A program made the translations under genes and the position numbers. A stretch of 63,819 bases of DNA. Source: an uncultured Candidatus Saccharibacteria bacterium. Its GTDB lineage: Bacteria > Patescibacteriota > Minisyncoccia > Phycocordibacterales > UBA5272. Shown here piece by piece: positions 42,458-53,292 of this stretch. How positions within the stretch are numbered: position 1 is the first letter of the stretch; each line of letters begins with the position of its first letter. Location of the stretch: positions 1 through 63,819 of the forward strand of contig CAZFBW010000004.1 of NCBI GenBank assembly GCA_964517625.1, written 5' to 3'. Under the pieces are notes generated by a model that had not been told where the DNA came from, did no database searches, and saw nothing but the letters and a program-made list of their open reading frames with translations.

Positions 42458-43876
42458 CTACTTAAGAGGATATATTTCTCCCCTATCCACACGAAAAAGA
42501 GAAAGAGATGAAGAGATGTCCCCATGGAAAATAATGCGCCCATACGGTGAAACCACAAGGTTTGGCGCATCAGTTGAGGAAACAATTAGATAGCTTCGTG
42601 TTTGAGCGGCGATAACACGTGCAATTAAATAGTACGACATGAACAGCCAGGGGCTTTTATGGAATACAGGCAAGTGGGACTGAAGAACAACGAGGGAGAC
42701 ATCGTTTGTTTGGAGAGGTGTAATTGCATCATGAGAAAACATTTCTGAACAAAGGAGCGTTCCAATATTTCCATACGGTGTTTCAAATGCTTGAGGAATT
42801 TTCCCAGCGCTGTAGGTGTGTTCGCTGATGTATGTTTGTACTTCTTTATCAGAAAACCATAACGACATAATGTTTTTAAAAACAAGTGGTAGGTATTCAT
42901 TAAAAGGAAACATAAACCACTTACCCCTCCCTTGTAGGTTGTCTTCATCGACATCGTAAGCATAGCTGTAATTAGAAAGTTTGTAGCGGTGTATGGTTGC
43001 GGCGCTATCAATGACGGTTGCGATTTTGCGTTGTGTAAGTTCTTTTTTGTTTATAGTGGTTAAGTTTTGCAAGAAGCGTGTGTCTTCCGGAAGAATGAGC
43101 ATATCAGGACTGGTTGATGCCTGTCGGAGTAGAGAAAGAATTAAATCTTTTTGTTCTACATATAAGCGTGGATCATTTTCACGTTCGATGTTTTCTCGCC
43201 TTAAACTAACAACACCAATGACACCATCACGAGACATTGTTTTTACGGGAACAGCGCTATGAACAACAAGCCATCCGACAACAATACAAACAAGGTATAT
43301 AACAACAATACGTTTTTTCGCGACAAATAAAAGAGAAACAAGGAGCGCCAAGATTCCAGAAAGAATAAAGATTCCACCTATTGAGGCATATTCAACAAGT
43401 GGGGTTATTGCAAGTGCGTTTCCAAAATTTCCCGCAGACCAATGAAGTCCAATCGTTGCACTTCCCGGAGAATAAAATAATGTGCTTAAAGCAACACTAC
43501 GCATACATTCTGCAACTGTAACCGAAACACCAAGGATAAGCGGTAACCACGTAGCGTTGTTTCGAAAACGAAAATGCGGGTATCCCACAAGAGGAAAAAA
43601 TAACGACGCAGTGAACGCCATTACAACAAGGAGAGCAGTGATGGCGGGTAATTGCCACGTTGTTGGAAGCCATACAACCGGATAGGCAGTATAGAGCCAT
43701 GATAAAGAAAAGAGATTAAACACAAACGCACCAAAAAACCACGCAAGGAGGTAGTGCAAACGAGGGCGAGATGATTTTAGAAATAAGAAAATTCCAACAA
43801 GAACAGAAACAGAAATAACAACATAAAAATATTGTAAAACAAAGCTTATAGCAATTCTTTCGAAAGCGAAATCCAT
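42458..43876 (-). CDS. lnt: Apolipoprotein N-acyltransferase-like protein (Lnt; polytopic N-terminus plus CN-hydrolase domain)
   Basis: Multiple N-terminal TM helices. CN-hydrolase triad context LILPEDT (E), KWFMFPFNEYLP (K), LLCSEMF (C). Confidence 0.6.
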   Translation of the reverse strand: MDFAFERIAISFVLQYFYVVISVSVLVGIFLFLKSSRPRLHYLLAWFFGAFVFNLFSLSWLYTAYPVVWLPTTWQLPAITALLVVMAFTASLFFPLVGYPHFRFRNNATWLPLILGVSVTVAECMRSVALSTLFYSPGSATIGLHWSAGNFGNALAITPLVEYASIGGIFILSGILALLVSLLFVAKKRIVVIYLVCIVVGWLVVHSAVPVKTMSRDGVIGVVSLRRENIERENDPRLYVEQKDLILSLLRQASTSPDMLILPEDTRFLQNLTTINKKELTQRKIATVIDSAATIHRYKLSNYSYAYDVDEDNLQGRGKWFMFPFNEYLPLVFKNIMSLWFSDKEVQTYISEHTYSAGKIPQAFETPYGNIGTLLCSEMFSHDAITPLQTNDVSLVVLQSHLPVFHKSPWLFMSYYLIARVIAAQTRSYLIVSSTDAPNLVVSPYGRIIFHGDISSSLSLFRVDRGEIYPLK

Positions 43877-44610
43877 AGAGGAAGTGTAACATCCTCGGCG
43901 CGAACTTTTGGAGGAATCCCAAGTTTTTCAAACAAGGCAGGAATATTTTTTGTTGGGAAAACTTCTTTTATGTTAGAGATGAGAAGTTTTCGTTTATGAG
44001 CAAAACCAGCTTTAAGGGTTTTGAAATAAAGCGCCTCGTGGTATTGGTTGGTAAAATTTTTTCTAGAAATGTTGTAGACAGCAAGGACAGCACTATCAAC
44101 GGTTGGTGCTGGGTTGAAGCTTCCTTTTGAAACACGGTACACAAGTTTTGGTTCGCCGTAGGCTTTTACAGAAAGAGACAGAATAGACTCTTTTTTGTCA
44201 CGAGCAACAATTCTTTCCGCTACTTCTTTTTGGATGAGCACGACCAGTGTGCTGGGCTGGTGTGTATGAGAGAGGTATCTCTCAAAAATGGCACCAGTAA
44301 TGTAGTAGGGAATATTAGCAATGAGTTTGTATTGTGTTTGTGGTGGTTCATAGGTAAGAGCATCTCCTTCAACAAGAGAAAAGTTTGAATGCGACAAAAA
44401 TTTTTCCGTTAAGAGTGGAATAAGGTCTGTATCTTTTTCTAAAGCAAGTACACGGGCTTTAGTTTTGAGTAGTTCTTCCGTGAGAAAACCTTTCCCCGGT
44501 CCAATTTCAAGAACAGTATCAGATGGAGTTACCTGTCCTGCTTCAACGATAGCTAATCGCGCTGGGATAGAAGTAAGAAAGTTTTGGCCTAAATGTTTTT
44601 TGGCTTGCAT
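43846..44610 (-). CDS. rsmA: 16S rRNA (adenine1518/1519-N6)-dimethyltransferase
   Basis: KKHLGQNFL, SAM motif VLEIGPGKGFLT, NIPYYIT. Confidence 0.9.
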   Translation of the reverse strand: MQAKKHLGQNFLTSIPARLAIVEAGQVTPSDTVLEIGPGKGFLTEELLKTKARVLALEKDTDLIPLLTEKFLSHSNFSLVEGDALTYEPPQTQYKLIANIPYYITGAIFERYLSHTHQPSTLVVLIQKEVAERIVARDKKESILSLSVKAYGEPKLVYRVSKGSFNPAPTVDSAVLAVYNISRKNFTNQYHEALYFKTLKAGFAHKRKLLISNIKEVFPTKNIPALFEKLGIPPKVRAEDVTLPLWISLSKELL

Positions 44611-44635
44611 GCGTACACACTAGCACAGATGTTAT

Positions 44636-46570
44636 CTAAATATAAACGACTGTTCCCCCGCCCTGCTTGTAGTACAGTTCGTGTACAAGCGCTTTTTCTT
44701 CCGGTACGTCATCTAAAAATTCACTCGGCGCATTAATTTGTTTTTGTCCGAAAATGGTGCGCAGTTCGGCATGACAAAGATAGAGATGTTTTCGTGCGCG
44801 AGTGACCGCCACATAAAAGAGACGACGCTCCTCTTCCTCCTCTTCTTTGCTTCTTTTTCGATTACCAATATTTTTATGTGGAAATAAATCTTGTTCCAAA
44901 CCAACAACAAAAACATGATCAAATTCTAATCCTTTGCTCGCGTGTATGGTCATCAGGCGAACCCCTTCCTTTTCTTTTGTGTCACTGTCTTGGTCAGAAT
45001 GAAGCGAAGTTTCCTCTAAAAACAAAGCAAGGGCGTCTTTTCCTGGAAGAGAATCGTAACGAACAGTAAGCGAAGCGAGTTCGCGTGCATTTTCCAAGCG
45101 CTCTCTGTCTTCAGAAGAACCTTCCAACATTTCTTTTTCCATACCACTGTCAACGATGATCATTTGAATGACATGCGAAAGCGGTTCGGTTTCAAGAGTT
45201 GCGATAATCCTATCGAGAAATGCATATGCAGAAGCAATTTTTTCTTGTGCGCTTTTTGGAAGAGGTTCACCGGCAAAGAGTTTAGCAACGGTTGTTTTAC
45301 CAATTCCTTTTTTAGGCGTTTCAAAAACACGCTTTAAGTCTGGTTGGGAATTTCTGTTTTCGCCAGCACGTAAATAACTCAAAACATCTTTTACTTCTTT
45401 ACGTTCAAAGAATTTTGTACCAAGCAGGTTGTAGGGAACATTTGCGCGAATGAACGCTTCTTCTAAAACACGCGATTGAAAATTTGCACGGTACAATACT
45501 GCAATATTTTTTCCATCATCTCCTAGAGCAATACGTTCTTTACATTTCTCTGCTACCCATTCTGCCTCCCCTTCTTCGTCCCAGGCGGTGAGAAGCTCAA
45601 TCGGCTCACCCTCTTCTTGTGATGTAAAAAGATTTTTTTCTTGACGGACGGTATTTTTTTTAATCGCGGCATTAGCTAACGCTAAGATATTTCCCGTCGA
45701 ACGATAATTTTCTTCAAGGATAACAGTTTTTGTTCCTGGAAAATCTTTTTCAAAATTTAAAATGTTACGCAAGTTTGCTCCACGCCAACTATAGATGTTT
45801 TGGTCAGTGTCGCCGACAACGCAGATATTGTTGTTTAAAGGATTAACCAACAACTTTACGAAAGCGTACTGTGAGCCGTTGGTGTCTTGGTATTCATCCA
45901 CGTGAACATACATAAATCGCTTCTGATAGTATTCACGAATGTTTGCGTGGTCTTCAAGCATGTGAACCGCACGAACAATGAGGTCATCAAAATCAACTGC
46001 CTTCTGACGAACAAGTTCTTCATTGTAGAGATTCCACACCGAGGCGACCATATCCATCTGTGCGGTTGCAACTTTTTCTTTGTAGTCTTTAAGGCTTACA
46101 AAATCACCTTTTTCACGACTAATAATGTTTCTAATTTTTGAAGGGTCGTGAACTTTTGGGTCAATACCGAGACGTTCAAGCGCTTGTTTAATAATTGAAA
46201 GCGAATCAGAAGAATCAAGAATAGTTGGATGTTTTGGAAGTCCAAGGTTCTGTGATTGCTCAGAGAGCATCATGAGCCCAAGCGAGTGGAATGTTTTAAT
46301 AACCGGCGTATGGTGGTACGGATTTTCTTTCTCTATGATGTGTTCTTCTTCGAGACGGGTAACAATACGCTCCCGCATCTCCTTTGCTGCTTTGTTGGTA
46401 AAGGTGACCGCTAAAATATTGCGTGGGTCACATCCTTTGCGCACAATTTCTACAATACGCTCCGTGATTGTTTTCGTTTTTCCAGCGCCAGCGCCCGCTA
46501 AAATAAGGAGCGGTCCTTCGGTATGAGAAACAGCTTCTTGTTGTTTTTTGTTGAGTAAGATTTCTGCCAC
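44636..46570 (-). CDS. pcrA: UvrD/PcrA-family ATP-dependent DNA helicase
   Basis: LN..Q.EAV....GPLLILAGAGAGKTKT, TFTNKAA.EM, VDEYQDTN, TIHASKGLEFD.VF. Confidence 0.9.
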   Translation of the reverse strand: MAEILLNKKQQEAVSHTEGPLLILAGAGAGKTKTITERIVEIVRKGCDPRNILAVTFTNKAAKEMRERIVTRLEEEHIIEKENPYHHTPVIKTFHSLGLMMLSEQSQNLGLPKHPTILDSSDSLSIIKQALERLGIDPKVHDPSKIRNIISREKGDFVSLKDYKEKVATAQMDMVASVWNLYNEELVRQKAVDFDDLIVRAVHMLEDHANIREYYQKRFMYVHVDEYQDTNGSQYAFVKLLVNPLNNNICVVGDTDQNIYSWRGANLRNILNFEKDFPGTKTVILEENYRSTGNILALANAAIKKNTVRQEKNLFTSQEEGEPIELLTAWDEEGEAEWVAEKCKERIALGDDGKNIAVLYRANFQSRVLEEAFIRANVPYNLLGTKFFERKEVKDVLSYLRAGENRNSQPDLKRVFETPKKGIGKTTVAKLFAGEPLPKSAQEKIASAYAFLDRIIATLETEPLSHVIQMIIVDSGMEKEMLEGSSEDRERLENARELASLTVRYDSLPGKDALALFLEETSLHSDQDSDTKEKEGVRLMTIHASKGLEFDHVFVVGLEQDLFPHKNIGNRKRSKEEEEEERRLFYVAVTRARKHLYLCHAELRTIFGQKQINAPSEFLDDVPEEKALVHELYYKQGGGTVVYI

Positions 46571-46595
46571 AGAGGCTTATTGTAGCACAGGGAAA

Positions 46596-46916
46596 TTATG
46601 CAGTTTGTTCTCGTGCTAATTCGGCTTTGACGGTATTTAAAACTTTCTCGCGAGCGGTTGCAAAGACCTCTTCGTAGTTTGGAAGAAGGTGTTTAAGTGT
46701 TGTTGCATAAAATTCATTCCCCATAGAAACAGATGCCTCAAGAGCGGCAAACTGATCTTTTCCAACGACTTTGTGTACTGCAAAAAGAAATTGTTTTTGA
46801 ATTGTGTCGGCAATCGCGAGTAGCATTTCATCGCGTTCTTGTTCTGGAAGCGCAGATAAGCCGAACTCATCGATAATTTTTTTGTAGTTTTCTTGGAGTG
46901 TCGTTGTTTGGTCCAT
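46596..46916 (-). CDS. Hypothetical small helical protein
   Basis: 106-aa ORF, tightly packed, no recognisable motif. Confidence 0.5.
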   Translation of the reverse strand: MDQTTTLQENYKKIIDEFGLSALPEQERDEMLLAIADTIQKQFLFAVHKVVGKDQFAALEASVSMGNEFYATTLKHLLPNYEEVFATAREKVLNTVKAELAREQTA

Positions 46917-46927
46917 GGTGTGTAGAA

Positions 46928-48547
46928 TTAACTTGTACGAGAGGCACTTTTCTTCACAAGGTCTTCGATTCTGCCCAGATATTGTTCAAGAGATTCATTA
47001 CTGTATTCGGTGACGATTGGATTTTCAATGCCAAGTTTTGTCGCAAGGTTTCCAATTGAGGCAATGACATCAGAAACTTCTTTACGTACATCGCGGTTGC
47101 CATTTGCAGTTGCGATTTCAAATGTTGTAAACGACCCGTCGTGGAGCATTTTGTATGGCGAGATGTTGGCACTCTTCATTTTTTCACAAACGGCGTTGTA
47201 TGTAACATCGTCTAAGTTAAATAAAGACACGACCGCAGGAACATTTTTCGTTGCAAGTAAGGAGAACACATTCCTTTCTTCAAGAGAGAGACTTGTTTGA
47301 GGGGTTACTTCTTTTTTTACTACTGCTCCTGCAGAAGGTTTTGGTTCTAGGCGGGGCATTCCTGTTTCAGGAAAAGGAGAAGTGGAAAGAACTACTGCAA
47401 CAGCGACCTGTTGTGCCAAAGGGCCACCGGTAATAACTTTTTCAACATTACTTTTAAATATTTTTAGTAATCGAGCAACCCCTGGCGCAGCGTCACTTCC
47501 TGTTTCTAAGATTGGAGCTTTGTCTATTTGTGGTGGGAGAGGTGCTGGTGCTAAGGGTTTTGTTGGTTCGAGTGGTACAGCAACAGGAGGAACTATTTTT
47601 TCTGGGACAGACACTGTAGATGTTGGTGCGGTTGCTTCTAGAACCTTTTCTTCGGGCGTGGTGTTTGGAGGAACGACCGTTTCTTTCTCTGTCATAACAG
47701 AGAAAGTTGGTTGCATTTGTGGTGACACAGGTACGACTCCAGGTCTTCCATAAACAACAAACGAAGGTTGTGTTTCAAGTGTCGGATTTTCTGGTTTACT
47801 TATCGGCATTTTTGGCCTAATGTCTCCCCCGCCAACTTTTTTATCTATCGAAGGAGAAGAAACAGAAATTGCCCCGTCGGGAACTTTATTTTTTTCTGGT
47901 GCCGTTTTTTTAAATTCTTCTTCTGCTGTTGCAATGTCTTTGGGTATACCAGAAAGAACACTGTTTAGTTTTACTGCAAACTGTGGGCTTGTGCCACGAC
48001 CTAAGTGCTCTACATCATTTTTAAGTGTGTTGAAAGATATTTTAGCAGAACCAATAACACCAAACATAAAAGAATTTGATAGTCCCTTGTCTTCCATTTC
48101 TTTTTTTGCGTTAGCGAGCATCTCTCTAATTTTTTCAGCGCGCTCATTGATATTTTTTAATTTCTCTTCTTCCGTCATTTCGAGAAAACTTTTTTCTGGT
48201 GTTTTTGCTGTGACTGAGCTAACTGGTTTTTCTTTCTCAGAAAGAGTATCGATTTTTATATTCTCCGGAACAAGTGCCGTCCCTTCTTCTGGTGCTGTTA
48301 CTACACCTTGTCCGAAAAGTTTTGGTGTCTCGTGTCTGACTTCAACTGCGGGAGTAACAGGTTGAACTATTTCTGGTGTAGCGGTAACTGGAGCAGGTAC
48401 GCCGAAAGCGCCGTGTTGTTCAACGACCGGTTCTGCTTCTACAACAACAGTAGGTTCCTCAACCGACACCTCTCTTTTTTCTGAAAGTGCGACAAATGTT
48501 CCACTTCCAGCTGGTTTTGAAACACTTGTATCTGAAAAGATAGACAT
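46928..48547 (-). CDS. Hypothetical Pro/Val/Thr-rich protein
   Basis: 539-aa ORF with low-complexity Pro-rich stretches and no recognisable catalytic motif. Confidence 0.5.
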   Translation of the reverse strand: MSIFSDTSVSKPAGSGTFVALSEKREVSVEEPTVVVEAEPVVEQHGAFGVPAPVTATPEIVQPVTPAVEVRHETPKLFGQGVVTAPEEGTALVPENIKIDTLSEKEKPVSSVTAKTPEKSFLEMTEEEKLKNINERAEKIREMLANAKKEMEDKGLSNSFMFGVIGSAKISFNTLKNDVEHLGRGTSPQFAVKLNSVLSGIPKDIATAEEEFKKTAPEKNKVPDGAISVSSPSIDKKVGGGDIRPKMPISKPENPTLETQPSFVVYGRPGVVPVSPQMQPTFSVMTEKETVVPPNTTPEEKVLEATAPTSTVSVPEKIVPPVAVPLEPTKPLAPAPLPPQIDKAPILETGSDAAPGVARLLKIFKSNVEKVITGGPLAQQVAVAVVLSTSPFPETGMPRLEPKPSAGAVVKKEVTPQTSLSLEERNVFSLLATKNVPAVVSLFNLDDVTYNAVCEKMKSANISPYKMLHDGSFTTFEIATANGNRDVRKEVSDVIASIGNLATKLGIENPIVTEYSNESLEQYLGRIEDLVKKSASRTS

Positions 48548-48631
48548 ACGTATCTAGAGTATAGTCCATAGAGTCGTTTTTTTATACACCAACACTCCAC
48601 ACATAAGCCTATTTTTTTGATAAAAAGTCAA

Positions 48632-48660
48632 TTGCTCGACACCTTGTTTTTTGCTATACT
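48632..48660 (+). promoter_or_regulatory. Promoter of the LysM/M23 gene
   Basis: TTGCTC-N17-TATACT. Confidence 0.6.
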
Positions 48661-48784
48661 GGGCGGACACCTACGAGAGGGGTAATCCTTGAAAATCAAA
48701 AGGTTTTCGGCATTACCCTTTTCTTATTTTATGTTACAGGGTTCACAAAAAACCAATACAAAGATCTCTATCCCCACCCCAAAC

Positions 48785-49834
48785 ATGGAAGGGTTCTCAC
48801 ATACGAGAGTCGGTTTTTTTGCAACAACACTTGTACTATCTCTTTGTGTTCTTCTCTACCCCGCACACGCACATGCGGGGATTCTTTCTTCCTTTGCAAC
48901 TAAAGTAAAGGCGCTCATGACACAAGAAGAAGAGGGAGAAGAAACAATTCTAACATCACAAACAATGAATGTGCTTAAGCCAGTTGTTGTTGAAGAGGAT
49001 GAAACAAGCGCTCCTGTTATAGAGGAGGATTTAGAAAGCGACGCACTACAAGTCACGAATGGCTCACTTCGTTTTTCAACAGAAGATATTGATTTTCCAA
49101 CAACAGATATTATTAGTGTGTATGAAGTTAAAAAAGGAGACACGCTTTCTACTGTTGCAAAACTATTCGGTGTTTCTCAAAACACTATTGTTTGGGCAAA
49201 CGACCTAAAGTCAAAAACAATTTCTCCAGGAGACGTTCTCGTTATCTTGCCGATGACGGGCATTAAGCACACTATTAAGAAAGGTGACACCATTGCAAGC
49301 ATTGCTAAAAAATACAAAGCAGACACAGAAGATATCGCAAAGTTTAACGGCATAGCAACGGATGCAAAACTTGCTGTCGGTACAACCATCCTCGTTCCTG
49401 AAGGTGAAATCGCGGTTGCTCCGGCACCTGTTCGTGCACCAAGTAAAGTTAAGACCAAGATTCTTGATTCATACATAACAAGTACGCCAGACGGATTCCT
49501 TATTCGTCCAGTTAATGGTGGACGCAGAACACAAGGCATTCACGGACACAACGCTGTGGACATTGCTTCGTTCTCTGGAACACCAGTTATGGCTGCGGCG
49601 ACAGGTAAGGTAATTGTTGCAAGAAACAGCGGATACAATGGTGGTTACGGACGCATGGTTATTATGATTCATGACAACAACGTGCAAACGGTGTATGCAC
49701 ACCTTCGTTCGGTGTATGTAACGTCTGGCCAAGATATTGCACAGGGAACTGTTATTGGTGAGGTTGGTAATACTGGACGCTCAACCGGTCCACACCTTCA
49801 CTTCGAAGTTCGTGGAGCAAAGAACCCATTTTAA
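48785..49834 (+). CDS. LysM-domain M23 family metallopeptidase (peptidoglycan hydrolase)
   Basis: Signal peptide ending AHAHA. Two LysM repeats (YEVKKGDTLSTVAKLFGVS, HTIKKGDTIASIAKKY). M23 motifs H.AVDI and GNTGRSTGPHLHFEV. Start uncertain (48689, 48731 or 48785). Confidence 0.85.
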   Translation: MEGFSHTRVGFFATTLVLSLCVLLYPAHAHAGILSSFATKVKALMTQEEEGEETILTSQTMNVLKPVVVEEDETSAPVIEEDLESDALQVTNGSLRFSTEDIDFPTTDIISVYEVKKGDTLSTVAKLFGVSQNTIVWANDLKSKTISPGDVLVILPMTGIKHTIKKGDTIASIAKKYKADTEDIAKFNGIATDAKLAVGTTILVPEGEIAVAPAPVRAPSKVKTKILDSYITSTPDGFLIRPVNGGRRTQGIHGHNAVDIASFSGTPVMAAATGKVIVARNSGYNGGYGRMVIMIHDNNVQTVYAHLRSVYVTSGQDIAQGTVIGEVGNTGRSTGPHLHFEVRGAKNPF

Positions 49835-49875
49835 ATAAAGACCAAAACAAAAAACGCCAAGCTGGCGGTTTTTGT

Positions 49876-51435
49876 TTAGAGAATGTTGTCGTAGAGTTTC
49901 GGACGGTATTGAAACGCTTCGAGCACGTGACGCTCTTCAATGTGTTCTTGTTCATCCAAATCGGCAATTGTGCGGGCTACACGAAGTACGCGATGGTATC
50001 CACGGGGCGAAAGTGCGTGTTTGGTTGCTAATTGTTTCATCAATGTTTGAACAGGCAAAGAAAGTCGCATGTGAGTATCAAAATCTTTTGAGGAAATATC
50101 GCGATTGGAAGTGAGTGTTGTTTGTGGGTCCTGTCGTTTGAATCGTTGTTCCGCAAAGGAGCGTGCACGCATGACACGATTGGCAACCGCGCTTGTTCCC
50201 TCCCCTTTCTTTTTATCTGCAAGCATTTCGTAGTCAATGTGTTGCACAGGTACCCAAACATCGATACGATCAACAATTGGCCCTGATAATTTTCGTGCAT
50301 AGCGTTCAATGTCCCCTCGCGTACAGGTGCATCGTTTAACATTGCTTCCCATAAATCCGCACGGACACGGATTCATGGCGGCAATGAGAATACATTTCGC
50401 TGGGAAACGATATGTTCCTTTTGCACGAGAAACAGAAATGCTTCCCTCTTCAAGTGGTTCGCGTAAACTCTCAATCACGCGCTTCTCAAACTCCGGAAAT
50501 TCATCTAGAAATAAAACACCGTTATGTGCAAGGGTCACTTCTCCCGGGCGAGGGTTTGCCCCTCCACCAACAATCGAAACATACGAGGCAGTGTGGTGCG
50601 GGCTTCTAATTGGCGGGTGGGTGACAATAGTATTTCCCTCTTGAGCGACTGAATGAATTCGTGTTACTTCAAAAATTTCATTTCGTGAAAGCGGAGGCAA
50701 GATAGAAGTGAACGCGCGAGCAAGCATTGTTTTTCCAGTTCCAGGCGGTCCGTAGAGGGCAATGTTGTGTCTTCCGGATGCGGCAATTTCAAGCGCACGC
50801 TTGGCGGTTTCTTGCCCGCGAATATCTTCAATGTCGATTGCTGTTTTTGGTTTTATATAAACAATATCTGTTGTTTTTGTTGGTGGAAGAAATGTTTCAA
50901 TGTCCCCTTCTTCTTCGAGTCCACCGAAATGGCGAACAATGTCGCGCAGGGTTTTGCAACCATACACGCGCACACCATCAACAAGTGCAGCTTCTTCTTT
51001 GTTTGCATAGGGCACGAAGAGTTCTTTGATACCAGAGGAGACGGCTGCTTCAGCAATAGCAAGCGTTCCACGCATTGGTTGTATTTCACCAGTAAGAGAG
51101 AGCTCCCCAACAAACCACGCATTGCGGGTGTTTCCTTTGATTTGTTTTGAGGCAAGTAAATAACAAAGTGCAATTGGCACATCAAAATGCGAACCTTCTT
51201 TTTTGATGTTCGCAGGTAGTAGTGAAACAGTCACTTTATGATTTTCTGTTTTTGGATTTTTAAGTCCGGTATTTTTTATTGCTGCAATCACTCGGTCTTT
51301 ACTCTCGTCGACCGCTTTATCAGGAAGTCCAACAATAGAAAAAGAATACAGCCCTTGTGAGATGTCTACCTCAACGACAACGGGTTCACCTAGAAGACGG
51401 GGAACGTGTGCGCTCCCAAGTGTCACAACACTCAT
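49876..51435 (-). CDS. comM: YifB/ComM family Mg-chelatase-like ATPase
   Basis: Lon-like N-terminal domain, Walker A GPPGTGKTMLA, Walker B LFLDEFPEF, C-terminal ChlI-like helix bundle. Confidence 0.9.
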   Translation of the reverse strand: MSVVTLGSAHVPRLLGEPVVVEVDISQGLYSFSIVGLPDKAVDESKDRVIAAIKNTGLKNPKTENHKVTVSLLPANIKKEGSHFDVPIALCYLLASKQIKGNTRNAWFVGELSLTGEIQPMRGTLAIAEAAVSSGIKELFVPYANKEEAALVDGVRVYGCKTLRDIVRHFGGLEEEGDIETFLPPTKTTDIVYIKPKTAIDIEDIRGQETAKRALEIAASGRHNIALYGPPGTGKTMLARAFTSILPPLSRNEIFEVTRIHSVAQEGNTIVTHPPIRSPHHTASYVSIVGGGANPRPGEVTLAHNGVLFLDEFPEFEKRVIESLREPLEEGSISVSRAKGTYRFPAKCILIAAMNPCPCGFMGSNVKRCTCTRGDIERYARKLSGPIVDRIDVWVPVQHIDYEMLADKKKGEGTSAVANRVMRARSFAEQRFKRQDPQTTLTSNRDISSKDFDTHMRLSLPVQTLMKQLATKHALSPRGYHRVLRVARTIADLDEQEHIEERHVLEAFQYRPKLYDNIL

Positions 51436-52079
51436 TATTTAATTATACCACTTGCAGATAAGATGCCGTCAGTTGATGTTGATATGACAAGCAAGGTGTT
51501 TCCAATAAATGCATAAGCAACGCTTGATGAACCACTCACACCGGTGCGCATGTTATGATTTGCAATTGTTTCTCCAGAAAAAATATATGGACCGTCTCTG
51601 CCGTCTGTCACATTGAGCGCTTTTGCAATTGATTCGGCAAACAAATCTTCGTTTTTAATGATGAATGAAAACATTGGCGTGTAATCATTGATTGAAATTG
51701 TAAATCCATACGGGTTGCGTTCTGCTTTAGTGACGAAGCGAGAAAGACCGCTTAGTTCAGGGAAAGTGATTTCAAAAAACTTTGCTGTATTTTTTTCTGG
51801 CGCTGTTCGTACTTGAGAAGCGGCGAGAGCTTGTTGTTCTTTGTTTTTGGTGTAGTAGTTGTATCCAAAATATCCAGCAACAGAAGCCCCGACAAGAACA
51901 AGGACAATAACAAGGATGGTAAAGAAAAGAGGAGAAGTTGTTTTTGGGGGTACTGCTGTTTGCGAAGCAACTTCTGCAACAAGGGCATCTTTTGCATCAA
52001 CTTTTGTTACAGTCTCTTCTTTTTTTAAGATTTCTCCGGCGATGTCATGCTCGAAGGTTTCAACTTTTGAAAGTGTCAT
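51435..52079 (-). CDS. Hypothetical single-pass membrane protein
   Basis: TM helix LFFTILVIVLVLVGASVAGYF. Its stop overlaps the comM start. Confidence 0.5.
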   Translation of the reverse strand: MTLSKVETFEHDIAGEILKKEETVTKVDAKDALVAEVASQTAVPPKTTSPLFFTILVIVLVLVGASVAGYFGYNYYTKNKEQQALAASQVRTAPEKNTAKFFEITFPELSGLSRFVTKAERNPYGFTISINDYTPMFSFIIKNEDLFAESIAKALNVTDGRDGPYIFSGETIANHNMRTGVSGSSSVAYAFIGNTLLVISTSTDGILSASGIIK

Positions 52080-52152
52080 ACCCCTAGTGTATCAGAAAAA
52101 GAAAAAGCAAAAGAGCCCACGCTTTGTGCGTGGGCTCTTTTTTGAAAAAGCG

Positions 52153-52785
52153 TTAAGCTTTTTCCTCTTCTCTAGAAATACCAAGGGCATCATCGCTGAA
52201 TTCTTGGACTTCTTTACCTTTTCGCGCTGGTCTTTTAACGCCACGTTTTGCATGAGGGCTCGCTCCTCCACGGGTGCGATAGCCAATCAAGAATTTTTCT
52301 GGATGGTCGCACATGTCGATAAAGTCTTCACACACTTCGCGAAGCTTGCCTGACGATGAGCGTCCGAACGAAATGACTTCCACCTGTACACCGAAATGTT
52401 CTTTGAGGAAGATAACAAGCGGAACGAAGTCGCCATCACCGGTTGCTAAAACGATGGTGTCTACTTTTGGAGCAAGACGTATAGCGTCAACCGCCATACC
52501 AACATCCCAGTCGGCTTTTTTTGAACCACCATAAAAGACTTGTAAGTCTTTTGTTTTGGTTTCAATACCCATTTTAGTGAGTGCTTCAAAAAATTGAGTT
52601 TCATCTCCTGCTTCTGTCGTGATGACGTACGCAAGGGCGCGAATAAGTTTTCGTTTAGCGAGAGATTCTTGGAGAACGGCAGCGAAATTTACTTTGGTAT
52701 TGTAAAGATTTTTTGCGCTGTGGTAGAGATTTTGTGTGTCGATAAATAATGCGACGCGCTGGTCGCTGTGTTTAATAACTGACAT
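52153..52785 (-). CDS. NYN domain (LabA/DUF88-like) protein
   Basis: VALFIDTQNLYHSAK....... and LATGDGDF.PL are the NYN/LabA pattern. Basic C-terminal tail. Confidence 0.75.
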   Translation of the reverse strand: MSVIKHSDQRVALFIDTQNLYHSAKNLYNTKVNFAAVLQESLAKRKLIRALAYVITTEAGDETQFFEALTKMGIETKTKDLQVFYGGSKKADWDVGMAVDAIRLAPKVDTIVLATGDGDFVPLVIFLKEHFGVQVEVISFGRSSSGKLREVCEDFIDMCDHPEKFLIGYRTRGGASPHAKRGVKRPARKGKEVQEFSDDALGISREEEKA

Positions 52786-52916
52786 ATGATATAGATTGTG
52801 TGGTATATGGTTTAATAACCAATAACCAGATTATGTATTAAAAAGAGAAACGTGTAGTTGTATGAAATATGTGCTAACCGGCAAGCGCCGCCCGAAGGGC
52901 GGCGCTTTGACAGAAA

Positions 52917-53180
52917 TTAACGAAGACCGAGTTTTGCAACAATAGTGCTGTAACGCTTCTTGTTAGAACCCTCAAGGTACTTGAGATGGGTTCGTCTGTC
53001 GGCAACCATTTGAATGAGTCCGCGACGTGAGTGATTATCTTTCTTATGAACCTTGAGGTGGTTCGTAAGTTCGTTGATTTTTTTAGACAAAAGCGCAATT
53101 TGGACCTCAGGAGAACCTGTGTCTTTTGCGTGAATCTGTGATGTTTTAATGGCAGAAGCCTTTTTTCGTGCGGTAAGCAT
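52917..53180 (-). CDS. rpsO: 30S ribosomal protein S15
   Basis: [43 protein letters not shown]17-TATAAT promoter at 53202-53230. Confidence 0.95.
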   Translation of the reverse strand: MLTARKKASAIKTSQIHAKDTGSPEVQIALLSKKINELTNHLKVHKKDNHSRRGLIQMVADRRTHLKYLEGSNKKRYSTIVAKLGLR

Positions 53181-53292
53181 ACTTTGATTAACTACCTTTC
53201 TATTATAGCACACCCTAAGAAAAATTGCAAGAGCTAATTTAGATTTTGTCAAGGGTAAGGATTTTCCAAAATATCCTTACAAAATAAGACAT

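Noticed and set aside
48661-48784. Possible riboswitch in the 5' region of the LysM/M23 hydrolase gene (hairpin GGGTAAT...ATTACCC)
   Set aside because: A single modest hairpin, no recognisable c-di-AMP (ydaO) or other riboswitch core, and the true start codon is uncertain, so the region may be coding.
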